Shown: positions 45,038-53,350 of the stretch, one piece after another
Position numbering within the stretch: position 1 is the first letter of the stretch
Layout: every line of letters begins with the position of its first letter
Assembly (NCBI GenBank): GCA_002309655.1
Contig: DBXM01000002.1
Coordinates: forward strand, 12,960-76,959
DNA from: Mageeibacillus sp. UBA1212
GTDB taxonomy: Bacteria > Bacillota > Clostridia > UBA1212
Reading direction: 5' to 3'
Length of the DNA: 64,000 bases
Notes under the pieces: model-generated
The model's input: only the letters and a program-made list of their open reading frames with translations
Told to the model about the DNA's origin: nothing
Database searches by the model: none
Translations under genes and position numbers: made by a program

Positions 45038-45610
45038 TTATTTTTCGGGCATTGAATTCGGGTCCGCCTGATCGATTCCAATCGAAAAGCCGGCGCTCGC
45101 GAAGTGCGCCTTAAAGAATACGTACGGGTACTGCGGCGAAAGCATGAACTGCGGCTTTGTCGAGTCCCTTGTGGCGGTGTGGGTCATGTGGAGTACGTGG
45201 TTCCCGTACGGAACGCTGATTCTGAGCGACTGCTTGTTGGCGATGTGTCCGTAAGGCACTCCGTCCACGTAAATTCCCATGCCGACGGCGGCGCCCATCA
45301 TGTTCCCCATTCTGTAGACCTGAATGTATCCGCCCTTGGGAAGAGGCTGACCGCAGGTCGGACAGGTGGTCTGGGCCGCAGTGCCGTTGAAAACGTGTCC
45401 GTTCCCGCAGCGGTATCTGACTGTAACCGCCGCGAATTTCCGGTCGAAAACCTCGCCCGCGTTGGTCATCACGGGCGCTTGATTCCGAGGCTGCGACGCT
45501 GCAGGCGGCACGTTCGCACCGGTTGCCGCCGCACCTACGGGAGTTCCGCACGCGGGACAGAACCTGGCGTTCTCTCCCAGTTGTTTTCCGCATTTCTTGC
45601 AAAAAGGCAT
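45038..45610 (-). CDS. Zinc-ribbon domain protein (N-terminal CKKCG...CPACG ribbon, second CGNGH...CPTCG ribbon, uncharacterised C-terminal domain)
   Basis: Start at ATG 45610 (MPFCKKCGKQL), after AAGGAGGAG. 190 aa. Confidence 0.55.
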   Translation of the reverse strand: MPFCKKCGKQLGENARFCPACGTPVGAAATGANVPPAASQPRNQAPVMTNAGEVFDRKFAAVTVRYRCGNGHVFNGTAAQTTCPTCGQPLPKGGYIQVYRMGNMMGAAVGMGIYVDGVPYGHIANKQSLRISVPYGNHVLHMTHTATRDSTKPQFMLSPQYPYVFFKAHFASAGFSIGIDQADPNSMPEK

Positions 45611-45640
45611 TTTTATCTCCTCCTTGTTCAATCGTACGCA

Positions 45641-45684
45641 GTCAGCAAATCGCCGCTTGCGTAAAGAGCATTAAATCAGCGCTT
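45641..45684. repeat. Copy B of the 44-bp repeat (35-bp perfect core) abutting the stop codon of the PolC-like gene
   Basis: Core 45650-45684 identical to 42638-42672, same orientation. Confidence 0.6.
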
Positions 45685-45687
45685 CCC

Positions 45688-46920
45688 TTACTCTTCGTCG
45701 TCCAGGCCGGCGTATTCAAGCCATCTGTCGACAAGCACTTCGTCAAACGTCTTGCGCGCCATCGCGACAAGCTTTTTCCCGTCTTCCTCACTGAGCTCGT
45801 CAAACCTGTCAAACAGCGCGTCGTAAATTTCATAACTGTCATAGTCGTCCGCGAGGTCCAGCAGCTCCTCCGCCGTCAGATACTTCGTGTACTCTTCCGT
45901 CTCCTCCGGCGTCGCGGTCAGAATGTCGAAGTCCGAAAGAGACTCCTCCGCCGCAATCGACGCCGCAAGCCCAACCGCAATGATCTTCGAGGGCAGCTTC
46001 ATTATCTCGTCAGCGTGAATCATGTAATTCTCGGCCGTCACGTCGAATTTCAGCTTGTAGTCTTCGCGCGTGCAGATGACCCAGTCCATATTTTCGCCGT
46101 CCGCGAATCTTTTAATATAATCCGCGCCCGTGCTTTCGTGAATAAGCGCCGCCGCAATCAGGAATGCAAGGTCGCCGAATTTCTTCACTTTTCCGACCGC
46201 TTCCTTAAGGAGCTCCAGTCTTTCAGCGGACGTGAACACTTCAGACCTGTAAATTCTGTCAAGGGTTCGCGCCGAAATCTCACCCGGGAATTCAAAAACG
46301 CCGGCAAGTTCGAAAAGATTGAGCAATTTCGGCGAAACGGGATATACTTTGACGTTCATGAAAGCAAGTTTCTCCCTCTTGTCAAAGCCCTTCCGCGTCT
46401 GCACGGTCGCATCGATGTCGCGAAGGATCTTCGCCGCTCTGTCCGTGTCCTCTGTGAAAAAACCCACCGTCTTCCGGAACTCGTGGAAGCAGATGTCAAA
46501 CCCTTCTTTGACCGTCTCGCCTCCGCATTCGCATTTCCTGTCGGGAAGGTCCTCCGCGTATCCGTCGACGCCCGCTTCGGTCACTTTGCCGCAGGTTTTG
46601 CACCTGTAATAGGGCTTCAGCGGGTTTACCGGCGTGATGCCGAGCAGATAGGTGACGAAAAACTCGCAGCCTGCTCCGACAATTCTGAAATGGGGCGCGC
46701 CGGGAGTTTCCCGCACTGCTCTGTTGATACGGTCGAGTCCGTAAAAATACTTACCGTAGTAGTGTGCCTTGATGAATTCAAGTTCGTCTTCCAACCGTTT
46801 TCTCGCAAAATCAGGCGTATTTTCGCCGAATAGTTTAAGAAGACCCTCTTCGGTCCTCCGTTTCAGGTACTCGCAGGGGCTTCCCACGCAAGGCGCGAGT
46901 CTAACAGTTATTTCGTACAT
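45688..46920 (-). CDS. Free-standing PolC-like fragment: homolog of the post-PHP / zinc-finger / palm-entry segment of Gram-positive DNA polymerase III PolC, with acidic C-terminal tail
   Basis: 410 aa. KRLEDELEFIKAHYYGKYFYGLDRINRAVRETPGAPHFRIVGAGCEFFVTYLLGITPVNPLKPYYRCKTCGK...DLPDRKCECGG...GFDICFHEF...FTEDTD is colinear with PolC ERLEKELKSI...[37 protein letters not shown]...DLPDKNCPRCG...GHDIPFETF...PDIDLNF. The alignment is from memory of the PolC/DnaE signature. AAAGGA RBS. Confidence 0.55.
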   Translation of the reverse strand: MYEITVRLAPCVGSPCEYLKRRTEEGLLKLFGENTPDFARKRLEDELEFIKAHYYGKYFYGLDRINRAVRETPGAPHFRIVGAGCEFFVTYLLGITPVNPLKPYYRCKTCGKVTEAGVDGYAEDLPDRKCECGGETVKEGFDICFHEFRKTVGFFTEDTDRAAKILRDIDATVQTRKGFDKREKLAFMNVKVYPVSPKLLNLFELAGVFEFPGEISARTLDRIYRSEVFTSAERLELLKEAVGKVKKFGDLAFLIAAALIHESTGADYIKRFADGENMDWVICTREDYKLKFDVTAENYMIHADEIMKLPSKIIAVGLAASIAAEESLSDFDILTATPEETEEYTKYLTAEELLDLADDYDSYEIYDALFDRFDELSEEDGKKLVAMARKTFDEVLVDRWLEYAGLDDEE

Positions 46921-47110
46921 TTACAGATCCTTTCCCGGTCCCGGAAACGGAACCGCGCTAGCCGTACGTATCGTTTATACGTTATTTGCATTATACCAAA
47001 AACGCGGCGGCGGCGCAATAGAAACGCGGCAAATTGTACAAAAAAAGGAAGGCCGCGTCTTCAACTGTTAAAGCCGGCGCGGCCCCTTCCCCTATTATTT
47101 AATTAAAGGC

Positions 47111-48151
47111 CTACAGCCTGGCGCCGCACTCGTAGCAGAACTTCCCGTTGAAAAGACCCAGGTCGGCGTGACACTGCGGGCAGATTCTGCCGCCCGGGGT
47201 CTTGCTGACAAGCTCCTCTTCTTCGGGTTTCCCGGGTTCGTCAGGATCTCCGTCTTTTTTGCCGGTTCCCGGAGTTTTTCCGGAGGAGCCTCCCGAAGGG
47301 CCGCCACCCATGTCGCCGCCGCCCATGTCGCCGCCCGTAAACAACCCGCCGCCGAACATTCCGCCGCCGGGAATACCGAAAAACGATTTCGGGCCGTCGT
47401 CTCCGGACATGCCGAAAAACGTCATCGGTCCGTCGTCAGGCATCCGCGTCATCGTGTTCCTCATCGGCGCGAACGCCGCATCCGGCACCTTTATTTTGTC
47501 GAGCATATCCCTGCGCGCGAACACCGTGAGCGGCACGCTCGCGTCAAAAACCATCATTCGCGTCGTCAGCATATCGGGCAGGACTTCGATTTCGGTGTAT
47601 CCGCGGAAATTCCCGTCGATCAGGTTCTCGGGCACCATGACCACCTTGTCCGGCGCGTACGTGTAGCTGACGACGTGAAAAGGCTCCGGCTCGCTGAAGG
47701 AAAAGGCTTTGACCGTGTTGCCTTTGATCGTCATGACGCCCGTGTGGTTCCCGGTCTTGCTCCATTCCACCCACTCGCCCTGCAGCCTGTCCATGAACTC
47801 GTCGTCGCGGATAATAATGTGCGCGAACGGACCGTGGTCGACCTTCTTGAGCGTGTAGAGCGTCTCACCCATGATCGTGTAGTAGTACAGGAACTTCAGC
47901 TCACCGTTCTCGTACGCCAGCTCGCGGATCATCGTGAACGGATTTCCTTCGTAGTCCCGCGAAAGAACGTTGTCTGCAAGGGTAATTACGGTGCGTTCGC
48001 CGCGTTCCAGCGCCTCCGCGTCGTAGGATACGTCCGTTTTCAGCGCAATCGCGCGCATATAGTTGCGGACCGTCAGTTTATCGTTGCGGAACTCCAGGTA
48101 GTAGTGGTACCCTTCCTCCCAGAATCCGTTCAGTTTTTCCGAAAATTTCAT
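47111..48151 (-). CDS. Hypothetical cytoplasmic protein with Gly-rich low-complexity segment and C-terminal zinc ribbon (CPQC...CYEC)
   Basis: Start at ATG 48151 (MKFSEKLNGFWEEGYHYY), after GGGAGA...GGAG. 346 aa. Confidence 0.5.
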   Translation of the reverse strand: MKFSEKLNGFWEEGYHYYLEFRNDKLTVRNYMRAIALKTDVSYDAEALERGERTVITLADNVLSRDYEGNPFTMIRELAYENGELKFLYYYTIMGETLYTLKKVDHGPFAHIIIRDDEFMDRLQGEWVEWSKTGNHTGVMTIKGNTVKAFSFSEPEPFHVVSYTYAPDKVVMVPENLIDGNFRGYTEIEVLPDMLTTRMMVFDASVPLTVFARRDMLDKIKVPDAAFAPMRNTMTRMPDDGPMTFFGMSGDDGPKSFFGIPGGGMFGGGLFTGGDMGGGDMGGGPSGGSSGKTPGTGKKDGDPDEPGKPEEEELVSKTPGGRICPQCHADLGLFNGKFCYECGARL

Positions 48152-48220
48152 CTCCGTTGTCTCCCTTTCCGTCTGATTTTTATAAAAATCACCGTTCCGC
48201 CTCATGAAGCGGAAACGCGC

Positions 48221-48889
48221 CTATTTCTTCTTGTTCGCGCCTTTCAGATTCGGGCAGTGCTCAATTATGTAGTTTTTGACAAACCCGAAATCCTCTTTAG
48301 TGGCGTAGACCTGGTTGTTCGAGAGGAAGCCTTTGATTTTGATGACACGGAAAAGCGGCCGCGAAACCACCCTTCTCGTCTTCGAAAACTCCGAGTACAT
48401 CTCGGTTCTCTGCGAGCTCGCGCCTGCCGCCGCCGTTGAGTAGCTTCCCGTCAAAAGGCCCGCCACCATCGCCGCCTCGCCGACCTTCTTCGCTTTTTTT
48501 GCCTGCGACGCAATCTGCCTGTGGTTGACTCCTTTTTCGTCCATTTCAAATTCCACGGTGTATTTCCCGCGCATAATCGCTGCGTAGAGCAGGTACCCGA
48601 CGAGAACGAGCGCCGTCATCACGCCGAAAATGATTCCGAACACCTTGAGCTGCCCCTTCATCAGGTCCCACGAAAATCCGCCCCAGTCTATCACGTCGAC
48701 AACCGTCGTGAACGCGAAAATGCCCAGCACGATGAAAAAGAATATTTTCCAGACGAGCAGCAGGAAAATCGGGTTCGTGAACAGGTTCACCGAGTAGACC
48801 CACCTGTACTTTCCGTCCGCTCCGAGTGTTATGTTCTCGCTGATGCGTACGTCTTTCCGCTCCTCGGAAGCGCTATTGTTTTCTTCCAT
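48221..48889 (-). CDS. Hypothetical membrane protein (2 TM hairpin plus cytoplasmic C-terminal domain)
   Basis: 222 aa; first gene of the co-directional cluster. Confidence 0.5.
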   Translation of the reverse strand: MEENNSASEERKDVRISENITLGADGKYRWVYSVNLFTNPIFLLLVWKIFFFIVLGIFAFTTVVDVIDWGGFSWDLMKGQLKVFGIIFGVMTALVLVGYLLYAAIMRGKYTVEFEMDEKGVNHRQIASQAKKAKKVGEAAMVAGLLTGSYSTAAAGASSQRTEMYSEFSKTRRVVSRPLFRVIKIKGFLSNNQVYATKEDFGFVKNYIIEHCPNLKGANKKK

Positions 48890-48946
48890 AAAATCCCCCT
48901 AAATGTAGAGAAAAATCAGTCATTATTCCGCCGGCGTTTCACGTTT

Positions 48947-49507
48947 TCATTCATTGTTCATCGCCAGCCATTCTTCCCTGGTCAGGCAGTTGACGTGACC
49001 CGTGCGCGTCTCGTTCATCTGCGGCACGTCCACTTCCTCCGTCGTCCACATATATTTAAAACCGCACTTCTCCTGAACGCGCTTCGACTTCACGTTGCCG
49101 TCGTAGTAGCCGCACCACACGCGCTCCAAATTGAGGTCCAAAAACGCGTGCCTCAGCAGCTCCCGCGCCGCCTCGGGAACGAGCCCCTGCCCCCAGAACG
49201 GCTTCCCGATCCAGTACCCTAGCTCGCACTCCTTTTCGTTCCGCGCAAGGTCTGCCGACGGCACGAACATCAGACTGATGCTGCCGACCGCGATTCCCTC
49301 TTTTTTCGGAACGATCGCGTAGGTCTCGTTCTTCGACAAAACGCCCTTTATAATGCTGCGGCTCTCTTCCACGCTCTTGTGCGCCGGCCAGCCCGCAGCC
49401 GGTCCGACTTCCGGGTCGCTCGCAAAAATGTAAAGCGTTTCCGCGTCCGATTCTTCCCACGGCCTGAGTATCAGCCTTTCAGTCTCCAATTTCACTTTAT
49501 TTCTCAC
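48947..49507 (-). CDS. GNAT-family N-acetyltransferase (RimJ/RimL-like)
   Basis: 186 aa. ERLILRPWEESDAETLY...WGQGLVPEAARELLRHAF motifs. Confidence 0.8.
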   Translation of the reverse strand: MRNKVKLETERLILRPWEESDAETLYIFASDPEVGPAAGWPAHKSVEESRSIIKGVLSKNETYAIVPKKEGIAVGSISLMFVPSADLARNEKECELGYWIGKPFWGQGLVPEAARELLRHAFLDLNLERVWCGYYDGNVKSKRVQEKCGFKYMWTTEEVDVPQMNETRTGHVNCLTREEWLAMNNE

Positions 49508-50363
49508 CTTTTCTGTTAGGCAGCGGGATCAGCACCGGCGTTCTCGCCTTGTACTCCGCGTAGTCCGCGCGCCGCTCCATGTTGTGCTTTTCCATCATCG
49601 GGATCGACACGGCCAGGAAAACCGCGATTATCGTCAGGAATCCAAGCCCTTTATACCAGATTTCCGGGCAAAGCGCAACGAAATAGATGTACATTCCCGT
49701 CCAGAACGACATCTCCCCGAGGTAGTTCGGGTGTCGCGAATACCGCCAGACCGAGACGTCGCAGGTCCTATGCTCGCCCGCGTGCTCTTTCAGAAAACCG
49801 TGTATCACCCTGTCCGAAACGTACTCCAGCGCCACCGCGGCAAGCATCACCAGCACTCCCAGAATCGACAGCGGCGCGAAATTTTCCCTCTGAATAGAGA
49901 AAATCGCGCTCATCAGCCCCAGATACACAACGACCGTCGGCATCATCTGCAATCCGATAAAGCTGAGCCCCTGGAACAGAACCGGACTGAGCTTTTCCCT
50001 GTACATCGCGTAGCGCCAGTCCTCGTGCCCGAGCCCCTTGTAAGTCACGTACCAGTTCGCGGTAAGTCTCGCCGCCCAGAGACCGACGACCGCCAGAAGT
50101 ATCGCGGAGTTCACGTTCCACAGCCTGTACTTCAGCACGTCCGCGAGCAGCATTACGACCGGCGCAACGCTCCAGTACGGGTCGTAAACCGAAACGTCCT
50201 TCGTAACGACCGTCACGATAAAAATCAAAACCGTCGCGACAGCCGTAAAAACCGCCGTCGCCGCGAAAATGTTAACGATCATCATGAACGGCACAAGCGC
50301 GATCCCGAACGCGACCGCGTAAGTCACGGCGTCCACGATTAGGCCTTTTGTTTTAGGGGTCAT
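49497..50363 (-). CDS. DUF1295 / steroid-5-alpha-reductase-ICMT-like polytopic membrane protein
   Basis: 288 aa with YSRHPNYLGE signature near the C-terminus. Confidence 0.6.
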   Translation of the reverse strand: MTPKTKGLIVDAVTYAVAFGIALVPFMMIVNIFAATAVFTAVATVLIFIVTVVTKDVSVYDPYWSVAPVVMLLADVLKYRLWNVNSAILLAVVGLWAARLTANWYVTYKGLGHEDWRYAMYREKLSPVLFQGLSFIGLQMMPTVVVYLGLMSAIFSIQRENFAPLSILGVLVMLAAVALEYVSDRVIHGFLKEHAGEHRTCDVSVWRYSRHPNYLGEMSFWTGMYIYFVALCPEIWYKGLGFLTIIAVFLAVSIPMMEKHNMERRADYAEYKARTPVLIPLPNRKGEK

Positions 50364-50405
50364 ATTGTCCTCCCTGTTGTAAAATCACGTCTCCGGGTTT
50401 ATGCG

Positions 50406-51077
50406 TCACCACACAAACGGAATGACCTTCTTCCGGACCTTCTTTTTGTATTCCGCGTAGCCCTCGAAACCTTCCTCGAGCACTTTTTCCTCGTTTTTGA
50501 TGCGGAGCGCTATGATCGGGATGTAGCCGAGCATTATCGCAAGCGAAAAAAGCGAGCCGAGCACGAGAGGCATGCAGAGGAACAGCACGAGCGTGCTCAT
50601 GTACATCGGGTGGCGCACGACGCCGTAAAGCCCTGTGTCGATCACCTTCTGGTTCTCCTGAACTTCGACGGTCCGCGAGAGGTAGACGTTTTCGCGCAGC
50701 ACCTCGGCATAAAGAACGTACCCGGCGAGGAAAAGGCCGGCTGCGACAAAACTGATCCACATCGGCAGCACAAACCACCCGAACCTGAAATTTAGCCCCG
50801 CGACGACAAAAGCCGCGACGAACATCAGTCCGCTCAAAGCCAGAACAGTCTTCTGCTCGCCCTGCTTCTCTCTCGCGTTCAACCGTTTTTTCAGGAGTTC
50901 CGGATTTTTGAACATCATCACGATTCCCGCACAGAACATCGGCACGAACAAAACGCCGAGAAGAAGCCACCCCTGCGGGAACGCGAACGTGCCTGCCGGC
51001 AGGAAAATCAGCAGTCCGACAAGCGCCAGACCGATTAAAAACTTCGCGATTGCGCTGAAAAACAGTTTTAATGTCAT
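50406..51077 (-). CDS. Isoprenylcysteine carboxyl methyltransferase / phospholipid methyltransferase-family membrane protein
   Basis: 223 aa. VRHPMY motif and a C-terminal EEG acidic patch. Confidence 0.6.
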   Translation of the reverse strand: MTLKLFFSAIAKFLIGLALVGLLIFLPAGTFAFPQGWLLLGVLFVPMFCAGIVMMFKNPELLKKRLNAREKQGEQKTVLALSGLMFVAAFVVAGLNFRFGWFVLPMWISFVAAGLFLAGYVLYAEVLRENVYLSRTVEVQENQKVIDTGLYGVVRHPMYMSTLVLFLCMPLVLGSLFSLAIMLGYIPIIALRIKNEEKVLEEGFEGYAEYKKKVRKKVIPFVW

Positions 51078-51118
51078 AAGCTATTCCCCTTTATTTAGGC
51101 AAAAACGTTGGTTCGGAC

Positions 51119-51589
51119 TCAGAGTATCAGCTCCATCTGACGTTCCTTTGTCTTCATCCCCATTTTCTCGTAAAACCGCTCAGCCGGCTCGTTCCCCGCC
51201 CAGACGTTGAGCGTCACCTCGTAGCAGCCGAGCCGCCGCGCCTCGTTCTTTACAAACTCGAAAAGCGCAGTCCCGACGTGCCCGCCGCGCGCCTTCGCGT
51301 CTACGCAGAGGTCGTCGATGAAAATCGACTTAAACTTCACCATGTACTCCGCTGCCGGCTGCTCCTTGATGCGGCAGAAAGCGTAACCGATCACCCTGCC
51401 GCGGCCGTCGACTGCCACGAAAATCGGATTTTCGTCGTCGGAAATCATCTTCTTCAGCTCTTCCACCGAATACTTGGTGGTCCCCGGCACGAAAATGTCC
51501 GGCCTTATCGCCGCGTGAATCTCGAGCACCTGCCCGAGGAGCTCGAGTATTCTCTTAACATCTTTGTTTTCGGCTCTTCTGATCGTCAT
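51119..51589 (-). CDS. GNAT-family N-acetyltransferase
   Basis: Start at ATG 51589 (MTIRRAENKD), after GAAAGGAAGG. Acetyl-CoA binding motif RGGHVGTALF. Confidence 0.75.
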   Translation of the reverse strand: MTIRRAENKDVKRILELLGQVLEIHAAIRPDIFVPGTTKYSVEELKKMISDDENPIFVAVDGRGRVIGYAFCRIKEQPAAEYMVKFKSIFIDDLCVDAKARGGHVGTALFEFVKNEARRLGCYEVTLNVWAGNEPAERFYEKMGMKTKERQMELIL

Positions 51590-51642
51590 TTTTGCCTTCC
51601 TTTCGGGAAAAACAGCCTTTATCCCGTCACCGCCGTCACGTT

Positions 51643-52401
51643 TCATCCCATTGGGAGAATCATCTGCAAAATCAACTCCGCCGTTTTCTTTGTCTGCTCC
51701 TCAGAGGTTATTTTCGCCTCTCCGTCGCCGCGCTGGTGCCCGTACGACCCGAACTGCGAGTGGTTGCCGCCTTCGATAACGTACTCCTGCGCGCTCTCCG
51801 GCAGGTTCTTTTTGCATATCTGATAGCTGTTCATATTCAGAACGCCGTCCTCGGAGCCGTAGAGCGAAAGCACCTTGAGGTCCTTCGGCAGCTCCTCCGT
51901 CGAATAGGAAGCGAGAAGAAACAGCCATTCGACCTGATCCCCTTGCTCCGCCGCGAAGAACGAAGCGGCCGTGCCTCCGAGAGAATGACCCGCCAGGTAC
52001 CAGTGCCTGTAGTCGTACCTTTTCATAATCTCCCCGGCCTTGTCGTAGTTGAAAATCACGAGCTTCATGGGCGCCCTCAGCAGGAACACGTCGACCCCGT
52101 TGTTGGCGATGATCCGGAGCAGCGGCGCGTAGGACGTCTCCTCGACCTTCCCTCCCGGGAAGAAAATCATCGCCTGCCCTCCTGTCCCGGGACCGTCGAA
52201 AAACCACCCGAAGTCCTCCTCGGTAACCGTCACCCTTTCGTCGGATTTGAGCGCCTCTTTGGCGGTCCCGTCGGCACGGTAGTAAACGCTCGTGTAGAGC
52301 AGCATCGCGAGCGCGAAAATGATCACAACCGCGAGCGGGATGATCCACGCAAGGTTCTTTTTGTTGAATTTTTTCTTTTCGGAGTTTCTTTCCTGTGTCA
52401 T
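51643..52401 (-). CDS. Membrane-anchored alpha/beta-hydrolase (GHSLGG nucleophile elbow)
   Basis: Start at ATG 52401 (MTQERNSEKKKF), after AGGAGG. N-terminal TM then hydrolase fold. Confidence 0.75.
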   Translation of the reverse strand: MTQERNSEKKKFNKKNLAWIIPLAVVIIFALAMLLYTSVYYRADGTAKEALKSDERVTVTEEDFGWFFDGPGTGGQAMIFFPGGKVEETSYAPLLRIIANNGVDVFLLRAPMKLVIFNYDKAGEIMKRYDYRHWYLAGHSLGGTAASFFAAEQGDQVEWLFLLASYSTEELPKDLKVLSLYGSEDGVLNMNSYQICKKNLPESAQEYVIEGGNHSQFGSYGHQRGDGEAKITSEEQTKKTAELILQMILPMG

Positions 52402-52772
52402 ACCCAGGCCTCCTATGCAGTTCAAAATTTCGCTATTTTTAGCGGGAATCTAACCCGCCGTGCTTTACGAGAACGTGATTCCGCAAATCGTCACGCCGTT
52501 GAAGTCCGCCATGTAAACTCCGAGGTAGACGGTCCCGCTGTAGGTGACGTCCGCAAGGTCAATGGTCACTGTGCGGTCGGGCGTCCAGAAGTCCCCGGTC
52601 GCGTTTTCCATCACTTCGTACGCGAGCGCGTTTTTCATCTTCCTGGTAGCCGGCTTTTTGACGTCGCTTATCGCGAAGGCGCTGCCGGCGTTCTTTAACA
52701 AAAACTTCCGGCGTTTACATTTTAATATATTTTAGCACAACCCTGCCTGTTTTTCAATCACGAACGGCGGGT

Positions 52773-52847
52773 ATTTCCGCGTTTCCGCGTTTTCCGCCTT
52801 AGTTTGCGGCGCCGCGGTTTGTAACGAATTGTAACGCGAATTGTAAC
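52773..52847. promoter_or_regulatory. Two triplets of direct repeats upstream of the ABC exporter operon: TTTCCGCG x3 (52773-52798) and TTGTAAC x3 (52819-52847, spacing 10/12 bp)
   Basis: Read directly from sequence. The TTGTAAC motif is the same heptamer as the third repeat at 3897-3903. Confidence 0.35.
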
Positions 52848-52921
52848 TATTTGTCCCTTCCATTCCGCAGCGTGACGTGGTAAAATTACCTTATCAGACT
52901 TCATTGAAGGAGCATTAAACC

Positions 52922-53350
52922 GTGGAAAAGAAGAACAAAAGAAAAAGAAGGCTGAACTGCGGGCTGATCGCTCTGGGGGCGTTCGTTCTGCTCTGCGCGG
53001 CGTTCGTGATTTGCGCGAATCTTTACGTGAAGGACATGCCCCGGCGGATGATCGCCCTCGCCACCTCGTACTATGGTGAAAGCGGTGCGGCCGCTTCCGG
53101 GATTCCCGCCCGCGAATATCTCGAAGTTCAAGCGATGCAGTGGGACGACATGACCCACGCGGTCGTTCGCGTCTCCGGGAACCTTACAGACACGGAACCC
53201 GACATACCTTTCTCGGAAGATCCCCGTTATGACCTGTACGATCAGTTCAGAGTCGAATTCAAAGGCGGAAAGTGGGTCGTCACGAACGCCGCCTACAGCT
53301 ATCAGGGCCGCTGGAGTGAGTCTCCGTCCTACGAAGGAGGTGCGGAATGA
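52922..53350 (+). CDS. Hypothetical membrane-anchored protein (N-terminal basic segment plus TM, extracytoplasmic domain)
   Basis: GTG start at 52922, 9 nt after AAGGAG. 142 aa. Its stop overlaps the ATPase start (ATGA). Confidence 0.55.
   Translation: MEKKNKRKRRLNCGLIALGAFVLLCAAFVICANLYVKDMPRRMIALATSYYGESGAAASGIPAREYLEVQAMQWDDMTHAVVRVSGNLTDTEPDIPFSEDPRYDLYDQFRVEFKGGKWVVTNAAYSYQGRWSESPSYEGGAE

Noticed and set aside
52465-52701. 78-aa minus-strand ORF between the alpha/beta hydrolase and the ABC operon
   Set aside because: TTG start with no convincing RBS.
The internal ATG has an AGGAAG directly abutting it with zero spacing.
No family resemblance.
It could be a real small protein, but support is too weak to call.
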